Part shown: piece after piece, positions 9,593-21,194 of the stretch
How the letters are laid out: each line of letters begins with the position of its first letter
Numbering within the stretch: position 1 is the first letter of the stretch
Origin: Anaerolineae bacterium
GTDB taxonomy: Bacteria > Chloroflexota > Anaerolineae > B4-G1 > DUEL01
DNA length: 64,000 nucleotides
Direction: 5' to 3'
Assembly: GCA_036172315.1 (NCBI GenBank)
Contig: JASFBC010000018.1
Span: 246-64,245, forward strand
Program-made: the position numbers and the translations under genes
The notes under the pieces: model-generated
What the model was told of the DNA's origin: nothing
Database searches by the model: none
Seen by the model: only the letters and a program-made list of their open reading frames with translations

Positions 9593-11110
9593 ATGAAACG
9601 CCATCACACCAACTGGGCCGCCCTCCAGGGCTGCGCGCTCACCGGATTCCTGCTCCTGTGGTTGATCGGAGCCGGACTGGTAGGCTACACCTTTATCGCG
9701 CTGGGACGGCAGCCCACCCTGACTCCGGTGCCGATGCCGACTCCCTCGCCTGATCCTTCCCCCACGCCGACGGCGACCCCTACCCCGACGGCGACGCCTA
9801 CCCGGACGCCGACCCCCAGTCCGACCCCCATCCCTTCTCCTACTCCAACACCGACCGCCACCCCAACCCCGCGCCCCACCCCTGTCTTCCGCGCGCCGCC
9901 GGGCACTATGGTGGTCCCGTCCCCTTTCCCCATGCCCACGCCCGACCCCAACGCGCCGCCCGATGCGGTCATCCCGACGCCCGTCAACCCCATCCCTGTC
10001 GCCGCCGACGCTGTTAACATTGTCGTCCTGGGCAGCGACAAGCGCCCCCACTGGACGGAGTGGCACACCGACGCCATCCACATCGTCTCCATCCAGCGGA
10101 ACCGGGCCGTTGTTTCGGTCATCTCCATCCCACGCGACCTATACGTCTACATTCCCGGCGACGGGATGAACCGGATCAATATGGCCGACTACCACGGCGA
10201 GGCCACCGGTTATCCTGGCGGTGGGTGGGCCAACCTGCGGGATACGCTCCTCTACAATCTGGGCATCCGCGCTGACTACTACGTCCGCACCGACTTTGAC
10301 GGTCTCATCGGCATCGTGGACGCGCTGGGCGGCATAGACGTCCCCGTCCCCTGCCGCCTGAGCGACCACTGGCCCTACCCCGATGCCAGCGGACAGTATC
10401 CCATCTTCACCCTGGAGCCAGGTGTCCACCATCTGGACGGTGAACAGGCCCTCTGGTATGCCCGCTCCCGGATGACCACCAGCGTCTTCTCCCGGGACCG
10501 CCGTCAACAGCAGGTTCTGCAAGCCATCTGGCACAGACTTCGGGACAGCGGCTGGCTGGCCCAGATTCCCACTCTCTGGGACCAGTTCCAGAGCATGTTT
10601 GTGACCAATCTGGACCTGCCTGCTGTCCTGGACCTGGCGCGGGTGGCGTTCTTCCTCCAGGAGCAGAACATCCGCTATTACAACATCGGCGCGCAGCACG
10701 TAACGCTATGGGTGACTCCCTGGGGCGGGAGCGTCTTCCTGCCCCGCTGGGAAGCGATAGGGCCAGTCCTGGCGGAGGCGATGGCGCCACCCTCCGAGGG
10801 TCGCCTGACCCGCACTTTTATGCCGGTGGAAGTCTGGAACGGGACGTCCAATCCGGACTGGGACCTGCTGGCGGTGGACCGGCTGGTTCGGGCGGGCTTC
10901 CCCGCTATCGTCGGCCAGCCGGACCGAAGGGACTATCCCCAAACAATGCTCATCCTCTTCCGGGAACACGCGAAGGGGACAGGCGTGGAGGACCTGAAGC
11001 GGATGTTCGGGATTCCCGAAGAGCGGGTGTCCTATAAACCGAACTGGGGCACCGCCTACGGCTTCCGCCTCATCATCGGCGCCGATTATCAGACCTGCTA
11101 TGAGAGATAG
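9593..11110 (+). CDS. LytR-CpsA-Psr (LCP) family cell-envelope protein with Pro/Thr-rich linker
   Basis: N-terminal TM helix. Linker [34 protein letters not shown] core [54 protein letters not shown]. LytR_C-like C-terminus. Confidence 0.8.
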   Translation: MKRHHTNWAALQGCALTGFLLLWLIGAGLVGYTFIALGRQPTLTPVPMPTPSPDPSPTPTATPTPTATPTRTPTPSPTPIPSPTPTPTATPTPRPTPVFRAPPGTMVVPSPFPMPTPDPNAPPDAVIPTPVNPIPVAADAVNIVVLGSDKRPHWTEWHTDAIHIVSIQRNRAVVSVISIPRDLYVYIPGDGMNRINMADYHGEATGYPGGGWANLRDTLLYNLGIRADYYVRTDFDGLIGIVDALGGIDVPVPCRLSDHWPYPDASGQYPIFTLEPGVHHLDGEQALWYARSRMTTSVFSRDRRQQQVLQAIWHRLRDSGWLAQIPTLWDQFQSMFVTNLDLPAVLDLARVAFFLQEQNIRYYNIGAQHVTLWVTPWGGSVFLPRWEAIGPVLAEAMAPPSEGRLTRTFMPVEVWNGTSNPDWDLLAVDRLVRAGFPAIVGQPDRRDYPQTMLILFREHAKGTGVEDLKRMFGIPEERVSYKPNWGTAYGFRLIIGADYQTCYER

Positions 11111-11202
11111 ACGACGGACGACAGACCACGGACGACAGACCGCAGACGACAGATGGCAGGTGAGAGACCACGGGCCCCGATCGGTGGTCGGTGGCCCGTG
11201 GT

Positions 11203-11996
11203 CGGTGGTGATCGTGAAGGGCGGCGGCGACCTGGGCACGGGCGTCGCCTGGCGGCTCCACCGCTGCGGCTTTCGCGTCCTGGTCACCGAGGTCGCCCAA
11301 CCCACTGTGATCCGCCGCGCTGTGGCTTTTGCCTCGGCGGTCTATGAGGGAAGCATCACGGTGGATGGCGTTACGGCGCGGCGGGTGGAGGACGAGGCCG
11401 GCATCCGGTCCGCCTGGGCCGCCGGTGAGGTCCCCGTCGTCGTGGACCCGCAGGCGGAATGGGTGGGGCGCCTGCGTCCGCTGGCAGTGGTAGACGCCAT
11501 TATGGCCAAGCGGAACACCGGCACCCGCATCACCGACGCGCCCGTTGTGGTGGCGCTGGGGCCGGGATTTGTCGCCGGTGTGGATTGCCATGCGGTCGTG
11601 GAGACCAACCGGGGCCACAACCTGGGGCGGGTCATCCTGGAGGGGGGTGCCGAACCGGATACGGGTGTCCCCGGCGAAGTGGGCGGCGAGAGCGCGCGGC
11701 GGGTCCTGCGCGCCCCGGCCGATGGCGTCTTCCGGGGGGTCCGCGCCATCGGCGAGCGGGTACGGGCCGGAGAAGTGGTGGCCTATGTGGACGACGTCCC
11801 CGTCCTTTCCCAACTGGACGGCGTCTTGCGGGGCCTGCTCCACGATGGGTTGACTGTCCGCGCGGGGATGAAAGTGGGGGATGTGGACCCTCGGGCCGTC
11901 GTGGCCCACTGTTTCACCATCTCAGATAAGGCGCTGGCAGTTGGCGGAGGGGTGCTGGAAGCGATTCTCTTTCTGGCCTGTCGCGGGGGCCGGTAG
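11203..11996 (+). CDS. YqeB-family protein (selenium-dependent molybdenum hydroxylase system accessory family, TIGR03309-like)
   Basis: VVIVKGGGDLGTGVAWRLHRCGFRVLVTEVAQPTVIRRAVAFASAVYEG resembles the YqeB-family N-terminus. The upstream part of the track ORF (11100-) is encoded by the GACGAC/GACCAC repeat and is probably not coding. The start is tentatively placed at a GTG. Confidence 0.5.
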
Positions 11997-12068
11997 GGAG
12001 TCCGTGGGGGCGCGTCTCCTCCACACCCGCAGAGTTCTAAAGCAGAGGGCACCGCTGGCGCGGGTAGG

Positions 12069-12725
12069 CTACGGCGCCCCCCGGGCCACTTGATAGATAG
12101 CCTCCAGGAGCGATGCCTCACCCATTGCGTCCTGCGATAACTCCCAGACCATCACCCCACCCGCGCGCTCCAGCGCCAGCCGCGTCTTAGCCTGGACGGT
12201 GGGAATCCCGTTGTAGTAGATGGGTACGCCGTCCACCGTCACCACATCCTTCCATGGCGCGTTCGGGTCCAGGGAGACCAGGGCCCGGTACTCCATCCAT
12301 TTGGGCCGCCCATAGAAAGGGATGCCCAGGACCGCTTTCTCCGGCGGGAGTCCCCTGCTCAGCCAGTAATCCAGCCCCTCCACCGCGTAGGAGTACGGGG
12401 AGTGATCTGGGCCATCGCCGCCGTCATAGGCCATAATGCCCAGGGAATCCACATAGCCGAAGACCTCGTCGGGAATCCCCTCCGCCAGGGGCCCCTTGCC
12501 GACGGTCGCCGTCGTCAGCAGGCGGCCCCGGATGTGCATCTCTTCGGCCAGCACCTCCATTCTGAAGATGCTGCTGGGTTCGCCATCACTCTGGAGGAGC
12601 GCTGTGGAGATTGGGCTGGAGAGTCTGGGCTGGGCAGCGGGATAGGCAGGGGGCAGACGGCTTCGCCGCCCCCCTCGTTCTTCCTCACCCCCTTCGGTTG
12701 GGGAGGCAGATGGTGAGAGGGTCAT
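12069..12725 (-). pseudogene. Glycoside hydrolase family 18 (chitinase-like) C-terminal fragment lacking catalytic DxxDxDxE
   Basis: Contains GH18 beta6 (LGIMAYDGGD) and beta8 (GVMVWELSQD) signatures only. There is no signal peptide or catalytic motif. It overlaps the pgpH-like stop. Confidence 0.45.
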
Positions 12726-14782
12726 GCCGTCGGATACGGCAATCGGGGGTGAAATACACCTTTCAGCGTATAGACGAAGGATCGTTGTGCCTCGTTCAGT
12801 TCCCTCAGGGTGATCGGACAGTCATCTAACTGCTCCGTCTCGAGCACTTCCCTGAATATCTCCCCAACGACCCGGGCCAGGTCCTCCGGTGTGGTGGGGC
12901 GGCGGGACCGGACAGCGGCCTCGCACCGGTCCGCCAGCATCACCAGCGCCGTCTCCCGACTCCGGGGCCGGGGGCCCCGATGGCGAAAATTCGCCTCGTT
13001 GATCCGCGACGGGTCACCGGCCTGCTCCACCGCCCGCTCGTACTGGAATCCGGCGCGGCTGGTCCCGTGGTGCTCACTGATGAAGGCCCGGACCCAGGAG
13101 GGGAGGCGGTAGCGACGAGCCAATTCCAATCCGTCCTGGACATGCCCGATGATGACCTGCGCGCTGGTGTGAGGGTCCAACTGGTCGTGAGGATTCGTGC
13201 CCTCCAACTGATTCTCGGCGAAGAAGTACGGGCGGGCGATTTTGCCGATGTCGTGGTAGTACGCCCCCACCCGCACCAGCAGGGGGTTGAGGCCCATCCG
13301 TTCGGCCGCCTGTTCGGCCATGCTGGCCACCATCAGGGAGTGGTGATACGTGCCGGGCGCCTCCCGCAGCAGCCGCTGCAGGAGCGGATGGTCGGGACGG
13401 CTCAACTCCAGCAGCCGGAAGGTGGTGGGCAGGTCAAAGAGAGGGCCGAGGAGGAAAAGGCCGGCCAGAGCCAGGCTGGCGGAAATCACCCCGTTGGTCA
13501 CGGCTTCTATCAACGCCAGGCCAAAAGAGAGGGGGTCCGGGTGGGTGGCAAGGAGGGCAAAGGCCACCAGGACTCCCACCGTTGCCAGTGCCGAGACGAA
13601 GCCAGCACGGAACAGAACAGTCGGGCGGTCGGTGCGACGGACCGCGAGGGTAGCCGCGATGCCCCCAACCGTCGCGTAGATGGCCAGTTCCAGGGACTGG
13701 TCCCCGATCAGGCCCATAGCGGCCCCGACCAGTAGGCTGGCGACCAGGCCGGTGGGCACGCCCAGCGTGGCGGTTGCCAGCATCCCCAGCGCTGGCGCCG
13801 GGAACAAATAGCGCAACACCGTCCGGTCGGGGACCATCAGGCGGACCAGCGCCAGGAAGAGGGCGATCAGCAGCGTCAGCAGAAGCGATTTCCTCCCCTC
13901 CTGTAGCACATCCGGCTGGAAGCGGGCCAGAATGACCCCCATCAGCAGTACGCCCAGTACAGATAGAATGCCGTTGGCAGCGACCTCCGTCCAGCGGGTA
14001 CGGGGTTGTTGCAGGCCCAGTTCCTGCAACGCTTCCAGGTCCAGCGCGCTGACCCGCTGCCCCTCCCGTACGATAACCTCATTGGCCTCAAAGGTGCGGA
14101 TGACCGGTGGGGCTGCCTCCCGCGCAGCCTGGCGGGCCTGTCGGGTGGCCTCTTCGTCGTAGAAGGAATTGGGGGCAATGAGCCGCTGGGCCAGGGCGGT
14201 GGTGACGGCCGCCTCATCGCTGGAGAGGTCTAATCCGACCAGCGCGGCAGCCTGCTGTCGCGCCTGGTCTATGCTGTCCTCTCGCACTCCCCGGCGCATC
14301 GTCTCCGCGACGACATTAAGGACTTCCAGTTGCACCCGGTTCCAGGATTCGTCGGAGAGAGTGGGGAGTATGTCGGCGACTACAGGGGGCAGGTCTTTCA
14401 ATTCCGGCACGGCGACCGTCCAGGCCCGGCGCTGAGCAGGGTGGGCGTAAGGGTCCGCACGGACGGCGCTCAGATAATCCAGTGCCTGGCGCGCCCGCTC
14501 CAGTTGCTGACGGGCCAGGTTGGGGTCCGGGGCCGTATAGACAGGAGGTACAGCCTTTTCTGCCTGCTGCTGTTGTTCGGCGGTCCGGATGGCGCTCTCA
14601 TAGGTAATGCGGCGCGGCGAGCGGATGTCCCGGGGGGCCACATCCCCCTCTTCCAGGACCACGCGGCCGGAGGGGAGCAGGGGGAAAGAGAGCAGGAACG
14701 TGCTGACCAATACCAATAACAGCGCCAGAAGAGCCAGCCGTCCCCAGAGCCACCATTTCCGTCCGATCGGGTTTGCTCTCAT
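12722..14782 (-). CDS. 7TM-receptor with intracellular HD/HDIG phosphohydrolase domain (PgpH-like c-di-AMP phosphodiesterase family)
   Basis: N-terminal extracellular region and 7 TM helices. HDIG domain HHSLMVASMAEQAAERMGLNPLLVRVGAYYHDIGKIARPYFFAENQ. Confidence 0.8.
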   Translation of the reverse strand: MRANPIGRKWWLWGRLALLALLLVLVSTFLLSFPLLPSGRVVLEEGDVAPRDIRSPRRITYESAIRTAEQQQQAEKAVPPVYTAPDPNLARQQLERARQALDYLSAVRADPYAHPAQRRAWTVAVPELKDLPPVVADILPTLSDESWNRVQLEVLNVVAETMRRGVREDSIDQARQQAAALVGLDLSSDEAAVTTALAQRLIAPNSFYDEEATRQARQAAREAAPPVIRTFEANEVIVREGQRVSALDLEALQELGLQQPRTRWTEVAANGILSVLGVLLMGVILARFQPDVLQEGRKSLLLTLLIALFLALVRLMVPDRTVLRYLFPAPALGMLATATLGVPTGLVASLLVGAAMGLIGDQSLELAIYATVGGIAATLAVRRTDRPTVLFRAGFVSALATVGVLVAFALLATHPDPLSFGLALIEAVTNGVISASLALAGLFLLGPLFDLPTTFRLLELSRPDHPLLQRLLREAPGTYHHSLMVASMAEQAAERMGLNPLLVRVGAYYHDIGKIARPYFFAENQLEGTNPHDQLDPHTSAQVIIGHVQDGLELARRYRLPSWVRAFISEHHGTSRAGFQYERAVEQAGDPSRINEANFRHRGPRPRSRETALVMLADRCEAAVRSRRPTTPEDLARVVGEIFREVLETEQLDDCPITLRELNEAQRSFVYTLKGVFHPRLPYPTA

Positions 14783-14884
14783 CCGCGCATATTAAACCCC
14801 AGAATAGCGGAGAACGCAACCCGGCTCCGGGGTGTCACCTGCCTCCTTCTCTCCCCCGAAACGGGGTACTTTCAGCCACCCGCA

Positions 14885-16042
14885 TCAAACCTCCCTCCAC
14901 CTCCGGGTCAACCCTTTATAGTATGCTTTGGGGGAGGGAGCAGGGACGATGCCCGCGCTCATCAGCGCATTCCCCATCATTTCCTCCAGTTGCTCCCGCT
15001 CCGGCCCGCTGATATAGGCCAGTTCGTCCGCCCGGGCCAGCACATAGGGGAATCCGCCCAGGATGCGGCACTGGGCGACAATCCCAGCGTGGCTGAGCCT
15101 CAGCGCATCCGCATCCTCCGCAACCCAGCACGGTATCTCCACCCGGGCGATGATCGGCTCTCTCCCCTCCGCAGCGACGTTCAGATAGAAAAACCGGATC
15201 TCATGTCCTGCGGGGACGTAGTAATTCCGGTTGATCCCGCTGGGCGAGACGAAGAGAGCCGACCGGGCACCGGCTGGCAGGGAAGCGAAGAGAACGCGGT
15301 CGGGAATACGCTCCAGAGGATTTTTCTCCGCCCGTGCCCGTCCCGGGTCGCCGCCGACCCGGGCCAGATGGAGGAGTTTCCCCACTTCGGTATGGCGCGG
15401 CCGACTGATGAACGCGGCCAGCGCCGCCCCTTTTTCACGGATGCGCTCCATCTGGCGAAGGTAGAAGGCGATTTTCTCCTTCCGCCCTGCGGGGGGGAGG
15501 TCATCCAGCACCCACAGGATCAGGGTACCGTCCACCAGCGCCAGGGTCGGATCCGGTGGTTCTGCCTCTACCAGGTCGGCCAGATGGGCGATCTCGGCAC
15601 AGTCCCGCCGTACATCCAGCAGGTTGCCGGAAACCAGTAAATCTCCTTCGTAGAGGTCCTCGTCCCGAAAGGCCAGGGTTGGGATGCTGCGGGCCTCGGG
15701 CGCTTCCCCGCTGCCATGCCGGAAGACCAGGCTGCCGATGTTAATGAGATAGTAGAGGGCCAGGCTGTGGCGATCCGGCCCGATGGCGCTTCCGTCGGCG
15801 CCGATGACGGTGAAGCGCTGGGGGAGCGGCGGACAGGCCCGCATGGTGTTCAGAGGTTCGGATGTGGGGATGGCCGCTCCGGCCTCTGCAGCGGCTTCCT
15901 GAAAGGAGAGGCCGGATTCAGGGAACTCCTCCATCCACAGACGGGCAGCAGCAACCCGGCTCCCCAATTCCTGTTCCTGCCGGGCCAGCGCACGTCCCAT
16001 CTCATTCGCTGCGCGGGATAGATGGGTCAGGTCCAGGGTCAT
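14885..16042 (-). CDS. NurA-domain-like nuclease (putative), no adjacent HerA
   Basis: IGADGSAIGP and ALVDGTLILW resemble the two conserved D-G-S/T motifs of NurA (PF09376). Amino-acid composition is normal, unlike the overlapping GC-artefact ORF. Confidence 0.4.
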   Translation of the reverse strand: MTLDLTHLSRAANEMGRALARQEQELGSRVAAARLWMEEFPESGLSFQEAAAEAGAAIPTSEPLNTMRACPPLPQRFTVIGADGSAIGPDRHSLALYYLINIGSLVFRHGSGEAPEARSIPTLAFRDEDLYEGDLLVSGNLLDVRRDCAEIAHLADLVEAEPPDPTLALVDGTLILWVLDDLPPAGRKEKIAFYLRQMERIREKGAALAAFISRPRHTEVGKLLHLARVGGDPGRARAEKNPLERIPDRVLFASLPAGARSALFVSPSGINRNYYVPAGHEIRFFYLNVAAEGREPIIARVEIPCWVAEDADALRLSHAGIVAQCRILGGFPYVLARADELAYISGPEREQLEEMMGNALMSAGIVPAPSPKAYYKGLTRRWREV

Positions 16043-16106
16043 GGTGATCCCTCATCGGAGGGATGGGGCGATCGGAGCACAGGCCGCCAGGCCTGCCGGA
16101 TGCAGG

Positions 16107-17540
16107 CTAACGGCTTGCGCTCCAGTAACGCCTCACCTCGGCGACAATCCGCTCCAGCGCGCGGCGGGTCTCCTCCATGAGCAGGGCCGCGTCGCCGTTG
16201 GTGCGGGTGCGGACGGAGAGGCGGAGTTTGTCCTCGGTGCCAGAGTAGCGCAGGAGGACCTCCGCTCCTTCCCCCGCCCGGGCCTGCAGGCCGTCCAGGG
16301 CGGCCCGGATTTCCGGCACCTCTGTCAGCGGGATGGGGATGCGGGGCGCTTCCAGGCTGACCATCGCCTGCGGATAGCGGGGGATTCCCGCCGTCAGGCG
16401 GGAGAGACGGCCATCGGCCTCATCCGCCATCAGCGCGGCGACGACCAGCGCGGTGTAGATACCATCGCCGGTGGTCTGACCCCGATCCAAAATCAGGATG
16501 TGGCCCGATTGCTCTCCGCCCAGCACTGTTCCCACTTCCCGCATCCGCTCCAGGACGAATCTATCCCCGACCTTCGCCTCCACGACTTCAATCCCCAGCG
16601 GGCGCAGCGCCTCGTGCAGGCCGAAGTTGCTCATCGGGGTCGCCACAATGAGAGGGGGCGAAATCAGACCCCGGGCATGGAAATGGCGAGCCAGAATGAC
16701 CAGGATGCCGTCGCCGTCCACGATGCCGCCCTGCTCGTCCACCAGGACAACCCGATCGCCGTCGCCATCAAAGGCGACACCCAGATGAGCACCGGTGCGG
16801 ACCACGCGGGCGGCCAGGCTACGGGGTTCTATGTACTCGTAACTCTCGTTGATGTTCAGGCCGTCGGGCTCGCCGTTCAGAACTTCCACCTGCGCGCCCA
16901 GCCGTCGGAAAACCTCCGGTGCAACGAAGGAAGTGGCGCCGTTGGCGCACTCCAGGATAACCCGGAGGCCAGAGAGGTCCCGCTTTCCTCGCCAGGAGCA
17001 CACCAGATAGTCCACGTAGGCCTCCGCCAGTTCAGAGGCCGGGCGGGACCGCCCCAGCCCGCGCGTATCCCGGGGAGTGAAAACTTGCGCGGGGTCCAAG
17101 ACCAGCGATTGAATCCGGTCCTCCAGCGCATCGTCCAGTTTATAACCGTCGGGGCCGAAGAACTTAATGCCGTTATCCTCCACGGGGTTGTGGGAGGCAG
17201 AGATAACCACGCCCAGGCTGGCCCCCAGGTGACGGGTCAGATAAGCCACGGCGGGAGTGGGGATGACCCCCGCGTGGAGGACGTCTATCCCCTGGGAGAG
17301 AAGGCCGGCAGTGATGGCGCTTTCCAGCATCATGCCGGAGACGCGGGGATCGCGGCCGATGATAGCAAGGGCCCTTCCCCCTTTCCCTCCGCCCCCCCCG
17401 GCAGGAGGGGAGGGAGTGAGGGCCAGCCCCACCGCCTGCCCGATGCGCAGGGCCAGTTCCGGCGTCAGTTTCCATGAACGGTGCTCGTTGGTAAACTCGG
17501 TGGTGCCGCGAATGCCGTCGGTGCCGAACAGGGCGCCCAC
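16107..17540 (-). CDS. glmM: Phosphoglucosamine mutase
   Basis: GTDGIRG and the active-site Ser loop ISASHNPVEDNGIKFFG. GTG start with AGGAGG RBS (revcomp 17547-17552). Confidence 0.9.
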   Translation of the reverse strand: MGALFGTDGIRGTTEFTNEHRSWKLTPELALRIGQAVGLALTPSPPAGGGGGKGGRALAIIGRDPRVSGMMLESAITAGLLSQGIDVLHAGVIPTPAVAYLTRHLGASLGVVISASHNPVEDNGIKFFGPDGYKLDDALEDRIQSLVLDPAQVFTPRDTRGLGRSRPASELAEAYVDYLVCSWRGKRDLSGLRVILECANGATSFVAPEVFRRLGAQVEVLNGEPDGLNINESYEYIEPRSLAARVVRTGAHLGVAFDGDGDRVVLVDEQGGIVDGDGILVILARHFHARGLISPPLIVATPMSNFGLHEALRPLGIEVVEAKVGDRFVLERMREVGTVLGGEQSGHILILDRGQTTGDGIYTALVVAALMADEADGRLSRLTAGIPRYPQAMVSLEAPRIPIPLTEVPEIRAALDGLQARAGEGAEVLLRYSGTEDKLRLSVRTRTNGDAALLMEETRRALERIVAEVRRYWSASR

Positions 17541-17664
17541 TTAGTCCTCCTGGGTTCAAGAAATTTCATCGGGAATAGGACGCGGAGAAACACGGGTTTT
17601 TTATTAAAGGCAAGATTGCTTCCCCGTTGTTATTCCCGATAAAGTCTAAGGATCTATCGGTTCC

Positions 17665-19619
<1,955 letters not shown>

Positions 19620-19837
19620 AGACGGCCCCCAAAAAGGGCGTGAATCTCCCCGTCCTCAGTGGTATATCCGGATGTGAAAAGCGTCATAGGCAACTTGATT
19701 TTCAGGACAGACGAGGGTACGCCAGTGCCGGCCCTTACCCTACCCCCAACCCTCTCCTCGCTGGGTTCTTCCCCGGTGGAACGGGGCACTGCCTGGCTCT
19801 GGCCCGGATGCGACCCCCTCTGAGGTGTCTGGCACGT

Positions 19838-20617
19838 TCACTCTCCCCTGAGAAAGCACAAAATCCCCTCCACGATCCCCTGGGCAACCACATCCTGCCG
19901 GTTCAGGAGAATATCCCGGTCGGCCAGGAGGAAGCCGATCTCTATGATGGCGCCCGGGGTGGAGGGGTCAATCTCATAGAAAGTGTGGTACTGGCTCATA
20001 TCGGGGGTGATGCTACCTTCGTGGAGGGCCAGGCCAGTGCGGGCCCCGTAGCGGCTGATCAGGCAGGCTACCAGCCGGTCCTCCACGTGGGGGATGGCGC
20101 TCGCTTCCACCCGGGCCACCTTGAAGCCGGAGGCCTCGGGGTAGAGGCATGCATCGGCGTGGATGGAGACCAGAGCCCGGGCCCGGTAGCCCTCCAGCCG
20201 GGGGTCAAACTCCTCCAGCAGGTCGGTAGGGTACCCGGCCGCCTCCAGCGCCGCGACGACCCGCCGGGCGACCGCCAGATTCACGTCCACTTCCCGCAGC
20301 CAGCCTTCGCAGACGGCACCGGTATCGTTCCCCCAATGCCCGGCGACGATGCCAACGGGCAAAACCTCCGGCGTCCCGGGGAGGGGCGTCGGCCGGGGAG
20401 AAGGGGTGGGAAAGGGAGTGGAGGCCCACAAGAGGGAGCCCGGCGATGGGGTGACGGAGGGGGGGCCGGCAATATTTCCCACGCCAGTGCTCAGCCCAAT
20501 GCGGATGAGGACCAGGAGAGCAGTTCCCAGAACCACCAGCACCAACAGGCGCGGCGCACCGGAGGCAGCGGGCGGCCTCTTCCGTGGCTCTATCGGACGG
20601 GCCATAGCAGGTCTCAT
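19838..20617 (-). CDS. N-acetylmuramoyl-L-alanine amidase (Amidase_3 family) with N-terminal TM and Pro-rich linker
   Basis: GIVAGHWGNDTGAV...ALVSIHADA. Start placed at the internal ATG (MRPAMARP...) ahead of a hydrophobic segment. Confidence 0.7.
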   Translation of the reverse strand: MRPAMARPIEPRKRPPAASGAPRLLVLVVLGTALLVLIRIGLSTGVGNIAGPPSVTPSPGSLLWASTPFPTPSPRPTPLPGTPEVLPVGIVAGHWGNDTGAVCEGWLREVDVNLAVARRVVAALEAAGYPTDLLEEFDPRLEGYRARALVSIHADACLYPEASGFKVARVEASAIPHVEDRLVACLISRYGARTGLALHEGSITPDMSQYHTFYEIDPSTPGAIIEIGFLLADRDILLNRQDVVAQGIVEGILCFLRGE

Positions 20618-20660
20618 GGCGCAGATCCCAGGGCGCAGGGTTGCAGGATGCCGGGCGTGC

Positions 20661-21185
20661 CTACCGACTCTCTTCCACGCAAAACGCGCCAATATGGTGC
20701 TTGTTGACCAGAATGCCACCGGCGTTGAAGACGATGTCGGGCCGGATAGAACCGCGCACCCGACCGTCCAGAATGACCAGAAAGTCCCCCGTCTCCGTCA
20801 CCAGCAACCGCCGCAGGTCCACCCGGGCGGAGAGGCGCAGGTAGCCGCTGATCTCAAACGTGGGGACGGTGAGGAAGAGGTTGTAAAGATACGCCCCCAT
20901 GTAACTGCCGTAGGCCTGCTTGCGGGGCAGGGCATCCTCCTGACGGGCCACCAGCGCCAGGGTCAGATTCGCCTTCGCCAGCGTGGAGGCCGGATAGGAG
21001 GCGAGAATATCGCCGGGCCGGTCAATCGGGGAGATGTAGGCACCCTCCAATTGCAGGAATCCCGTTGTCCGGTCGTTCAGCATCTCAAACAGGCATTGAC
21101 GGCGCACATCCAGGTGCCCGGAGATGCGGTAACTGTGGGTGAAAAAATCCACCACCAGCCAGCCGACCTGTCGGATTTCCTCCAT
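20661..21185 (-). CDS. Hypothetical protein (174 aa) between deoC and the amidase
   Basis: Normal amino-acid composition (MEEIRQVGWLVVDFFTHSYRISGHLDVRRQ...). Tightly packed in the operon. No family recognised. Confidence 0.5.
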   Translation of the reverse strand: MEEIRQVGWLVVDFFTHSYRISGHLDVRRQCLFEMLNDRTTGFLQLEGAYISPIDRPGDILASYPASTLAKANLTLALVARQEDALPRKQAYGSYMGAYLYNLFLTVPTFEISGYLRLSARVDLRRLLVTETGDFLVILDGRVRGSIRPDIVFNAGGILVNKHHIGAFCVEESR

Positions 21186-21194
21186 AGCGACTCC

